A stretch of 63,744 bases of DNA, counting the filler, from Octopus bimaculoides (lineage: Eukaryota): NCBI RefSeq assembly GCF_001194135.2. It is 10 parts of 9 records of this genome, joined end to end, with 100 filler letters (N's around TTAATTAATTAA, not from the genome) between each part and the next. Parts side by side here need not be neighbours in the genome. Positions count along the whole stretch, not along the records: positions 46,371 to 59,814 come from NC_068994.1; positions 59,915 to 61,227 come from NC_068981.1; positions 61,328 to 62,563 come from NC_068987.1; positions 62,664 to 63,744 come from NW_026439106.1; 6 more parts are not named here. One strand, written 5' to 3'. Positions within the stretch are counted from its first letter, which is position 1. Each line of letters begins with the position of its first letter. The notes under the pieces were generated by a model. It saw only the letters and a program-made list of their open reading frames with translations. It was not told where the DNA came from and made no database searches. Made by a program: the position numbers and the translations under genes. Positions 53,481 to 63,744 of the stretch are shown piece after piece.

Positions 53481-54884
53481 ATAATTAATAATCACAATGT
53501 GCTTCACATTGTTTCAACTTTTGAATGATGTCACCTTAGTGGGCATGTGTGTGTGTGATATAATTTAAAATGAGTAGTGAAGTTGAAAGAAAGAAAGAAA
53601 GAAAGAAAGAAAGAAGAAAGAAAGACAAAAGTAGATAGACAGACAGACAGACAGACAATTTCCAGCAAGTTTTTGGGAGTCAGAAAACCAGGCACTCATA
53701 TATGAAAGTAACAGAGTGGGTGTATTATTTATACATTCTTTTTCTGGAAGGGGGAGACTTGAAGCAGGTAAAGCTATAAATAATAGCATGTAAATATTGG
53801 GTTGTGGATGCCCTTACTGAACCAACCACTTTACAGAGTGTACAGGGTGTCTTGTACATGTCACCAGCACAGGTACCTTTTACGTGTCATATATATATAT
53901 ATATAGGATTAAATGTAAGGATAAGCAAGTTAGGGAAGTCGATATATAAAAAATATTAAATACATTTAAAAATGTACGTAAGTTTACATATAAAAAGGTC
54001 CAACTTCCATCATTAATCTCCTTTGTGTCAACATCTCAAATGTAAAACTTCTTCCCTGACAAAGGAGTTCTGGTATTATCCGATGATGGAATCAATTTAC
54101 AATCATTATTTTAGACCACCAATCCCCCAGAAACAGCTGTTGGGCTCATAAAACTTTTATTCAACTCCTTTAATTCCTGATATCATTTCTATTTTATGTG
54201 AATTGGATCTTTTTATATGTAAACTTATGTACATTTTTTGTGTATCAGCTTGTCTAACTTGCTTATCCTTACATTTACTCCTCTATCTGCTCAAGTTTCA
54301 AGTTTAAACCTCTTGAGCACTANNNNNNNNNNNNNNNNNNNNNNNNNNNNNNNNNNNNNNNNNNNNNNNNNNNNNNNNNNNNNNNNNNNNNNNNNNNNNN
54401 NNNNNNNNNNNNNNNNNNNNNNNNNNNNNNNNNNNNNNNNNNNNNNNNNNNNNNNNNNNNNNNNNNNNNNNNNNNNNNNNNNNNNNNNNNNNNNNNNNNN
54501 NNNNNNNNNNNNNNNNNNNNNNNNNNNNNNNNNNNNNNNNNNNNNNNNNNNNNNNNNNNNNNNNNNNNNNNNNNNNNNNNNNNNNNNNNNNNNNNNNNNN
54601 NNNNNNNNNNNNNNNNNNNNNNNNNNNNNNNNNNNNNNNNNNNNNNNNNNNNNNNNNNNNNNNNNNNNNNNNNNNNNNNNNNNNNNNNNNNNNNNNNNNN
54701 NNNNNNNNNNNNNNNNNNNNNNNNNNNNNNNNNNNNNNNNNNNNNNNNNNNNNNNNNNNNNNNNNNNNNNNNNNNNNNNNNNNNNNNNNNNNNNNNNNNN
54801 NNNNNNNNNNNNNNNNNNNNNNNNNNNNNNNNNNNNNNNNNNNNNNNNNNNNNNNNNNNNATATATATATATATATGTATGTGT

Positions 54885-55095
54885 GTATATGTTTGTGTGT
54901 CTGTGTTTGTCCCCGCCAACATCACTTGACAACCGACGGTGGTGTGTTTACGTCCCCGTAACTTAGCGGTTCGGCAAAAAAGGACCGATAGAATAAGTAC
55001 TAGGCTTACAAAGAATAATCCTGGGGTCGATTTGCTCGACTACAGGTGGTGCTCCAGCATGGCCGAAGTCAAATGACTGAAACAAGTAAAAGAGT
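54885..55095 (+). mobile_element. SINE family A 3' part
   Basis: Matches 25621-25760 and 50250-50440. Confidence 0.85.
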
Positions 55096-55104
55096 ACAGA
55101 GAGT

Positions 55105-55136
<32 letters not shown>

Positions 55137-55138
55137 TT

Positions 55139-55779
55139 ATAGATAATCAGAAAATGGAGAAAACTTCAGATCAACAAACCCATCGATTGGACCACATTTA
55201 TAGCTTATTTTTTAATACAAAGCATGACATAACAAATCTTACAGCCGTTTCTGCATCCGTTGCCAAATGCTGTCTATAAATAATTCCGAAAATAAAATTC
55301 TTCATCTTCATAGGACATTTGAATTAAGGCATGGAGCTTCATCAGAGTAAAAAAACAAGAGCATCCAATATAGACAAAAGGAAGAAGGAAGAGGTAAGAA
55401 AACATGGCCTAGAAAAGAAGTCTAGAAACCGAATATATTAAAAGCATATAATCTACCATCTTGGGGCTATAAGGTCCATAGGTAAACGAGTGAACTAGTT
55501 TCCTTTTCTAGACTACTTGTTCTAGACCACAAGATGCACTTGTTTTTTACTCTGATGAAGCTCCATGCCTTAATTCAAATGTCCAATGAAGATGAAGAAT
55601 TTTATTTTTGCAATTATTTATAAACAGCGTTTGGCAACGGATGTGGAAACAGCTGTAAGATATGTTACATCACCTATTTTGTTATGTCATGCTTTGTATT
55701 AAAAAATAAGCTATAAATGTTGTCCGATCGATGTGTTTGTTGATCTGAGATTTTCTCCATTTTCTGATTATTTGTATTT
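55139..55779. repeat. Long inverted repeat, about 230-bp arms (55139-55366, 55535-55779)
   Basis: Arms roughly 90% identical by eye, with one indel of about 17 bp. Confidence 0.9.
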
Positions 55780-55938
55780 GTTTCCTGATAAAATCCTGTT
55801 TATCTTGTTGTTACCTGCACTCTATGTGCATAGTGTGCCTGCACACCAATGCCTGGTGATAACACGGGTAACAGATACCAATAGTACATATGGATATTTT
55901 ATCCCTTAGTTGGTTATTATAACTGCTAACTCTGCTTA

Positions 55939-55978
<40 letters not shown>

Positions 55979-56284
55979 CGTATGTATGTTTGTATACATA
56001 GACAGATCTGCAAGTGTATTCCTAGTCCTATAAGTAAATCCTAAGTTCACTTAGAAGAATTTTGAAAGAAATTCCTGAGTTTATTAAAAAGACAATTAAC
56101 TATATGCTTTAAAAATATTTAGTTTTGATTTTAAATAAGTATTTTGATAAATCATGTGAGTATTGCTGAAGTTGGCACAAAACTGCTTCAACGCTTGATT
56201 GTTGTGATGAAAGACATTTCAAGGAAGGTATTTTATAAATATTTGTCAGCTCCATGACAGTGAGTGTACATTACACTGAGTATA

Positions 56285-56321
<37 letters not shown>

Positions 56322-56773
56322 CATGCTCGTGCATGTGAGCACGGGTGTGTATATGTATATATACGTTTTTATATGTCCTTGTGAGCCAGTAAACTTTATA
56401 ATTCCCACAATAAAATTGTTTTTTTTTTCAAATTGTGTTTTTCTCTTTCTCTGAGACAGTTTACCTAATCCACTATACCTATATGTGTGTGCATATGTGT
56501 GTACACACAATGTTTTATATCCACTTTCCATGATGGCATAGATTGGTTAGGTTGTCCTGGTAGGAGCCAGCAGGTATCCAAGGTGTACTGCTTACTCAAA
56601 TGGGTTAGTGGACTTTCCTTTTGTTCACATTTCATTTTAGTTTGGCTTCTTTGGCTGCATGCCCTTCCTATTACCAACCACTTTACAGAGTGTACTGAAT
56701 GCTTTTCCTATACACCAGCACTAAAAGTTGTCATATCTTCACCATGATTAAAAGAAACAAAACTTTTATATAC

Positions 56774-56863
56774 CTTGAATGTCTTGCTGGACATTATAGC
56801 AACGTTTCATCACCTTTTTACTCTTGATAGTGGCCTCATCCAGGTAAGCTTCCAGCAGTCTCT
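56774..56863 (-). CDS. Internal exon B of same gene ((K)RLLEAYLDEATIKSKKVMKRCYNVQQDIQ)
   Basis: Acceptor TTTGTACTTCACAG|, donor AAG|GTATAT; 90 nt, phase 1-1, heptad-like spacing of hydrophobic residues; joins exon A and exon C in frame. Confidence 0.75.
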
Positions 56864-57959
56864 CTGTGAAGTACAAATATATCTTACAAACCTATATATA
56901 CTTATAAACACAAAGGTATATAGAAATAGTATACAAGAATATGCTACAAACTTGAGGTTAGTTCAAATATTTTTGTGACATGATTTAACATCTAAAGGTA
57001 ATTTCACTGTAGTTTATCATGGAAAAAAATTCTCACTTATGGTAAAGATGCAAATACACCATTTTTAGCGCACTGATACTATTTCTTTGACCCTAGAAGC
57101 ATTTTCAGCTCATTATGCCTTCCTGAAAGAGATAACTCTGAGCTGATTGGAAAGTCATGGCTCAGCAATTGAAACTAGTGACTGATTTGTGCTTGTTGAC
57201 CACTCAATTAGAACAAATATACGAATAAACACAAGCAGAGAACAACAATACTTACACAAACACAAACATGCGCGCATGCACACACACACACACACACACA
57301 CACATGTAGATATACAGATATAGATAGATAGACAAACAGACAGATGGATAGACAAACAGATAGACAGATACACAGATAAAGAGATAGACAGATAGATAGA
57401 TAGACAGACAGATAGACGAACAAACAAATAAATGGATATATAAATGTATGAATGTCCATCTGTATATACATATGTTTACAAATTACTCTTTTAATCCTTT
57501 AGATAACAAAAGAATAATAGCAGTGATAAATTTAATTATTTTTATCCTTTATATGAGTTTCAATGGTACAATATTATAAGCACCATTTCTTCTGAAAGTA
57601 AACAATGCAATAATAATTATGGAGAGTGTTTATACATCAACAAGTACTATAAAGATAATACAGACATTGTCTATTTCAAAGACACTATAGTGGTTGTATT
57701 GTGTTAGTAACAGAACATATGGAGTTGTAAATAAATAGTTATATGTCATGCTCTGCAGAAGGAGGGAAGGGGAACAGCCAGCTTGCTGGCCAGACAGATG
57801 GACAAATGCAGATATAATCTATTATAATTTAAGTATTATTGTGCCTCTACAGGACGTCACAAACAACTATGTATTTAGTGTGTGTGTGCATGCATACATG
57901 CATGTATGCAAGTATGTATGTATGTTTTGTTAGAGTGACAAATACTGCATTATCTATCT

Positions 57960-58240
57960 TGAAAGGACCTCTCATATAGACACGTGGTGCATAGAAGTAC
58001 TCATATCAATATCACTGCCAGGCGAGAACCATCTGCTATAGCTGCTGGAAACTGCCAGGTAACATGATTTCAACCTGTTTTGAACTCCTCGATGACAGAC
58101 ATCCAATAGCACACGACAAACAAATCATATGGACATATGGGGCTTTTATGCACCATGTGTCCATACCAGAGGTACTCTCAAGGTAAATAAGGCAGTATTC
58201 AGTGTTCTAACACAACAGCCATATCAGGTCAGGATAAAGA
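57960..58240 (-). mobile_element. Old LINE RT C-terminal fragment
   Basis: Minus LWYGHMV motif, multiple stops. Confidence 0.45.
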
Positions 58241-58326
58241 TTGCCTGCCCACCTGTCCGTCCATCTAACCATCTATGCACCTCAGTTAAAAAATTTGCCT
58301 AACACAACTCCTAAATTTTTACTTAC

Positions 58327-58546
58327 TTGTGTTAAGAGGTATAATTTCATTGCCATCAACAAACTCAAAACCATTTTCATCGACATTTTTGTTATTTGTT
58401 ATCAAGTCATCACTGTCATCAGTGCTGCCATCCAAATCACATGTAGTCTCACCATCTCCAGACCCTTCAATTGCGTCTTCACCATTTCGACAGCGCTTCT
58501 TTGCATTGAGAAACCTCAAGATGTTTGTCCATGCTTCATCAAGCTT
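58327..58546 (-). CDS. Internal exon A of laminin-alpha-like coiled-coil gene (KLDEAWTNILRFLNAKKRCRNGEDAIEGSGDGETTCDLDG...EIIPLNT)
   Basis: Pyrimidine-rich acceptor TCATTCTCTTCTATAG| and consensus donor A|GTAAGT; 220 nt open, phase 0 in / phase 1 out; frame-compatible with the next exon. Confidence 0.8.
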
Positions 58547-58679
58547 CTATAGAAGAGAATGAATTTAAGGGGAAAATAAACAAATATGATTATAAATTAC
58601 AAAAACGTATGAACATAATGATGATGATGGTGATGGTGGTGGTAGGGGTGGTTGCAGTGATGGTTGTGATAAGTCAAAT

Positions 58680-59077
58680 TTGTTGTTGTTGTTGTTGGCA
58701 CTCCGTCGCTTACGACGACGAGGGTTCCAGTTGATCCGATCATCAGAACAGCCTGCTCGTGAAATTAACGTGCAAGTGGCTGAGCACTCCACAGACACGT
58801 GTTCCCTTAATGTAGTTCTCGGGGATATTCAGCGTGACACAGTGTGACAAGGCCGACCCTTTGAATTACAGGCACAACAGAAACACAGAAACAGGAAGAA
58901 AGAGTGAGAGAAAGTTGTGGTGGAAGAGTACAGCAGGGTTCGCCACCATCCCCTGCCGGAGCCTCGTGGAGCTTTAGGTGTTTTCGCTCAATAAACACTC
59001 ACAACGCCGGGTCTGGGAATCGAAACCGCGATCCTATGACCGCGAGTCCGCTGCACTAACCACTGGGCCATTGCGCC
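58680..59077 (-). mobile_element. tRNA-derived SINE (family C), full length with (AAC)n tail
   Basis: Minus head GGCGCAATGGCCCAGTGGTTAG...GTTTCGATTCC; 3' half shared with 16183 copy. Confidence 0.88.
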
Positions 59078-59109
59078 TCCTATAAGTCAAATTATGAACA
59101 TGAAGATAA

Positions 59110-59326
59110 TAATCCTTTCTACTAAAGGCAAAAGGCCTAAAATTTTGGGGGAGGGGGCTTGTTGATTACATCGACCCCAGTACTAAACTGGTACTTATTT
59201 TATCAACCTCAAAAGGACGAAAGGCAAAGTCGACTTCAGTAGAATTTGATCTCAGAATTTATGGATGGACGCAATGCCCCGAAGTATTTTGTCCAGTGTA
59301 CTAACATTTCTGCCAATTCACTGCCT
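59110..59326 (-). mobile_element. SINE family B
   Basis: Reverse complement of family B consensus. Confidence 0.8.
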
Positions 59327-59776
59327 TAAGGGTGAGGAAAATAATGGGAATGCTAACTGTGCTGTGATTTGTTTATAATCATGATGTCATCAAGGTGATA
59401 AAAATGTCACCAGCATAACTACCGAGGATTGGCAGAATTGTTAGAATGCTGGAAAAATGTTTTGAGGTATTTGTTGCAGGGCTTCAGTTAACTAATGAAA
59501 TAATAGTAATGATAATAATGAGCTTATTGTATACAGTGTTCAGGTGCACTACAGCTCCTCATTAAAAAAGTAGAGGGAACAGAAAGCAGCAATAAGTCAA
59601 GTAAAGAAAGACAGTAATGATAGCTGCCAAAAGTGCACGTGTAATACATAGAACAGCACTAAAAGAGAGAATGGGGAAGGTAAAAGAGTTATAAAGAGGG
59701 AAAGGGTGTAAAGGAACTGGTGTATATAGACTGGTGTTAATGAATTTCAGGATGCATGGAATTTACACAGGGTGTG

Positions 59777-59814
<38 letters not shown>

Positions 59815-60227
59815 NNNNNNNNNNNNNNNNNNNNNNNNNNNNNNNNNNNNNNNNNNNNTTAATTAATTAANNNNNNNNNNNNNNNNNNNNNNNNNNNNNN
59901 NNNNNNNNNNNNNNGAAGACACCATATTTTATAATGAGATTATATATGCTTTCTCACACAACAATTAAAATATATTTATTTTAAATCGTTCATCTTTCTC
60001 CCCCCCTCTCACTCTCACACACACGCACATATACTACTTTGGGAGCGAAAGAGATTTGTTTATATTTCACAACAACAATGAAACAAAGATGTGTATGTAA
60101 CAATTTGTCAGTGAATTACACAATATAAATGGGTAAAATTTCCAAGGCTCATCCCCCACCAACCCGTTTTTCCGACCACAAAAAAGGGTTTGGTAATTTT
60201 TCAAATTAACACCTGCACGATTTCCAC

Positions 60228-60346
60228 TAGGGTGTTACGGTTAGGGTTTTAGGGTTAGGGTTAGTGTTAGGGTTAGGATTAGGATTAGGGTTGGTGTTAG
60301 GGTTACGGTTTTAGGGTCAGGGTTAGGGTTTTAGGGTTAGAGTTAA
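60228..60346 (+). repeat. Degenerate interstitial telomeric (TTAGGG)n-like tract
   Basis: Mixed TTAGGG, TTTTAGGG, TTAGTG, TTAGGA, TTACGG units. Confidence 0.85.
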
Positions 60347-60389
60347 CCTAGAAGGGACACACCCCTTAGTTTTTGGTTAAGGCTGTTGG

Positions 60390-60930
60390 TAAGTTTTCCT
60401 AAGTTACTCCAATCCATTTGGGACAGACAGTAAATATATGCTGAGGTATGGACACTGGAATTTTGTGCAGAGTAAGAGCAGGTATGAAGGCATTTTGCCT
60501 TATTTAAAGCTGTGCTCAGATTTAAATGCACAACTGATCTGCATGTTCAAGTCCAAATCTGCAAGACACTTTCATTAGTACTATTTTATCTCTGCTCCTG
60601 TATGCAAATGAGACATTGGCTGTGAAGAATCATCATCATCATCGTCGTTTAACGTCCGCTTTCCATGCTAGCATGGCTTGGACGACGAATAAGGAAGAAT
60701 AATACTGGATACAGCACTGAGAGTCATGGAAAGATCCATGCTAGGAATATATTTGCAGGAGCATTACCAAAACAAAGTAATTCAAGAATGGAATTCTAAA
60801 AGCACAAATTCTGCTGAATGGACATGTTGCGAGGCTCACAGACAATAGGTAGACTATTGCAGTTGTCAAGTAGTTTACAAGAGATCAGAAGAGCCCACTT
60901 GGAAAATCTCCAAGATAATGATGACAGCTA
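60390..60930 (+). mobile_element. RTE-clade LINE fragment interrupted by an antisense (ATG)n-tailed retroposon 3' end at about 60629-60683
   Basis: ILSLLLYANETLA | ALRVMERSMLGIYLQEH...GHVARLTDNR*TIAV. Confidence 0.75.
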
Positions 60931-61328
60931 AAAAATTGGTGTCCAAATGTGAGAGAAAGGTGCAGTCAAGGGAAGAATGAAATGTTTATTGATATTTCTT
61001 GTCACTGAAATTGTTCATTGAATATGCTCTCAAATTCTTCTGAAAAAGTCCCTTGCCTGAAAACAGTTTGGTGACAAGAAATGCATCTAGTCATAAAAAT
61101 CTTGCCTTAATATTTACTTCTGTCTAAGCCATGTTAACACAGGAAACATGTTAATCGAAAATGCAAGAGAAAGGTGCAGTCAAGGGAAGAATGAAATGTT
61201 TATTGATATTTCTTGTCACTGAAATTGNNNNNNNNNNNNNNNNNNNNNNNNNNNNNNNNNNNNNNNNNNNNTTAATTAATTAANNNNNNNNNNNNNNNNN
61301 NNNNNNNNNNNNNNNNNNNNNNNNNNNC

Positions 61329-62433
61329 TGACTGGTAATGCGTTCTCTCATGTGGTTTAAATCTGTAATCTTTATTGAGTAAACTTTCTCTTTCAAAATA
61401 CCCCAGAAAAAGAAGTCAAGGGGAGAAAGGTCTGGTGAACGAGGGCATCATTCCACATGACCCCTTCTAATCGAGTGAGTAAAAGTGTCATTAAGCCTAT
61501 CTCTAACAGTTAAGGCAAAATGGACAGGGGTCCCATCCAGCTGAAACCGATTCGGAAGTCCCTCACCTAGGCGCTCAATTTGAGGTATTAATTTGTCTCT
61601 CAACATGTTTAAATAAGTCTCACCCGTTACATGTTCATCAAAGAAGAAGGGTCCTAGCACATGGGCTTTCCACAAACCACACCACACCATCACCTTTTTG
61701 CTGCCTTGTTGTTTGGATGGATCCATCCAATGTGGATTACCTCGATACCAGTATCGAAGATTCTGTCAGTTGACCTCACCATTTACATAAAACGTAGCTT
61801 CATCACTGAACAACACAAAGTTTTTAGTAAAATTGATATTTTCATCCAATTTATCTGAAAACCATTTGCACATCTGCATTCGCCTATCAGGGTTGTCTTC
61901 ATTAAGTGATACAATATCTGTAGCTTGTATGGATGAAACTTTTCCTCAACCAGGATTTTGTGGATGGTTGATTTTAGAACACTTAACACCGTGGATGTCC
62001 GACAAAGTGATTTCTTTGGGCTAGCAGAAACCTTGCCCATGACAGCCTCTTTCCTTTCATCTGAAGTCTTTGGTCACCCGGAACGGGGTTTATCCAAGAC
62101 ACTGCCCGTTTCTTTAAACATCTTGATCAATTTCCTGACGGCAGTAAAATAAATAGGTTGCCAATAAGGGAGTCGAAGATTAAATTCTTCCGTAATTTTG
62201 TGATAAGACCATCCCTCTCGTCCACTTAAGAGTACTAAGACTATACTAACAGAGACATCATTCGATCTGGGATTCTTTCTTTGATCTAGGTAGAAAAAAT
62301 AACATAAATAAATTTAGAAAAGTAAAGTATAATTTTTATTTAATTTAAACAAAAGTAAAAAAGGAAAATTCATATTTCTTATATGTTATGATTTTATTTA
62401 CTCCATGTACCCAGACTCTGTGGACGCCCTGTA
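61329..62433 (-). mobile_element. Degraded Tc1/mariner DNA transposon, DD41D (rosa/Visitor)-like transposase pseudogene
   Basis: FSDEATFYVNGEVN*QNLRYW, KVMVWCGLW..VLGPFFF, FQLDGTPVH, E*CPRSPDLSPLDFFFWGILKEKVY; terminal TACAGGGCGTCC at 62433-62422; other end lost in gap. Confidence 0.88.
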
Positions 62434-62472
62434 TATAAATATATATAAATATATATATAAATACACACACAC

Positions 62473-62503
<31 letters not shown>

Positions 62504-62516
62504 AATACATACATAC

Positions 62517-62563
<47 letters not shown>

Positions 62564-63041
62564 NNNNNNNNNNNNNNNNNNNNNNNNNNNNNNNNNNNNN
62601 NNNNNNNTTAATTAATTAANNNNNNNNNNNNNNNNNNNNNNNNNNNNNNNNNNNNNNNNNNNNCAGATGATAAATGATAACATAAAAACGCCATGATTTT
62701 ACTTGAAATTCCGAAACGAAAACGGAATGTTGTTTACTAAAGAGGCTGTACTGAAGTGGTCTCAGAGACAGGAAGTCCATAATTTCTCCTGTCATTAAAC
62801 CTCGTAATTAAAAATAATTAAATAACTATAAGTTATCTAAATGTTCTGTTTTCTCTCCTCTACACGGAAAGTTCTTTATCGCTCTGTAGTGAACAATATT
62901 TCGTATTCGAGCCGAAAGCATAAACACACACGCGCGCACACACACACTGACACATACACACAAACACACATGTTTTCGACATGTAGGTTATATGTGAATG
63001 TGTGTGTGTGTGTAAGTGTTACATTTAAAATAAATGTATGT

Positions 63042-63478
63042 ATTCTTTTCTACTCTAGGCACAAGGACCGACATTTTGGGAGAGGGGGGGGGGCAGTCGA
63101 TTAGATCGACCCCAGTACGCAACTGGTACTTAATTTATCGACCCCAAAGAGGATGAAAGGCAAAGTCGACCTCGGCGGAATTTGAAATCAGAACGTAACG
63201 GCAGACGAAATACCGCTAAGCATTTTGCCCGGTGTGCTAACGTTTTTTATTTCTTTATTGCCCACAAGGGGCTAAACAAGGGGACAAATAACGACAGTCA
63301 AAGGGATTAAGTCGATTACAACGACCCCAGTGCGTAACTTGTACTTATTTAATTGACCCTCGAAAGGATGAAAGGCAAAGTCGACCTCAGCGAAATTTGA
63401 ACTCAGAACGTAACGGCAGTCGAAATAACGCTAAGCATTTTGCCCGGCGTGCTAACGTTTCTGCCAGCTCGTCGCCTT
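63042..63478 (-). mobile_element. Two tandem antisense copies of SINE family B
   Basis: 63042-63246 and 63305-63478. Confidence 0.85.
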
Positions 63479-63744
63479 AAATGTATATATTATCGATAAC
63501 ATTAGACGCGTAATTTGTGCACCAGAGAAAAAGTAAATATAAGAAAATATTCGATTCAACCAAATGATTTCGGGTTCAGACCCACTGCTCGGTACCTAGG
63601 CAAGTGTTTTCCCGGAGTGACCAAAGACTTATGAGTGAATTTGGTTGACGAATGTTGTGTGGATATCCGTTATATATTCTTTTACATGTTTCAGCCCTAC
63701 GGTTGTGGCCATGCTAGGACACCACCAGTTTTATATATATATAT

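Noticed and set aside
60953-61227. 61-bp exact direct repeat (60953-61013 and 61167-61227)
   Set aside because: Second copy ends exactly at a contig edge; likely assembly artefact

Overview
AT-rich, microsatellite-saturated animal genomic DNA from a gapped assembly. The tRNA-derived SINE families and RTE/Dong/CR1 LINE relics point to an octopus (inference). Two protein-coding genes are supportable. (1) On +, the first coding exon (29628-30367) of an achaete-scute b (ASCL3/4/5-type) bHLH factor with an Asn-rich N-terminus, whose helix 2 is cut by an intron. (2) On -, four frame-compatible exons (58546-58327, 56863-56774, 53065-51374, 47970-47807) of a coiled-coil protein. Its last exon resembles the end of laminin-alpha domain II, it carries a 1,692-nt exon encoding a huge Lys/Arg/Glu-rich insert, and no LG-domain exons were found downstream in the window. 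The rest is transposon relics: several SINE families, RTE, Dong/R4 and CR1-like LINEs, hAT and piggyBac MITEs with intact TSDs, and a DD41D-like Tc1/mariner. Also present are several long inverted repeats, a candidate hammerhead ribozyme, a 2.4-kb CpG-dense ACGA/ACGT satellite and an interstitial TTAGGG tract. Most ORFs in the supplied track are microsatellite, gap or antisense artefacts. All alignments and translations were done by eye; no searches were run.
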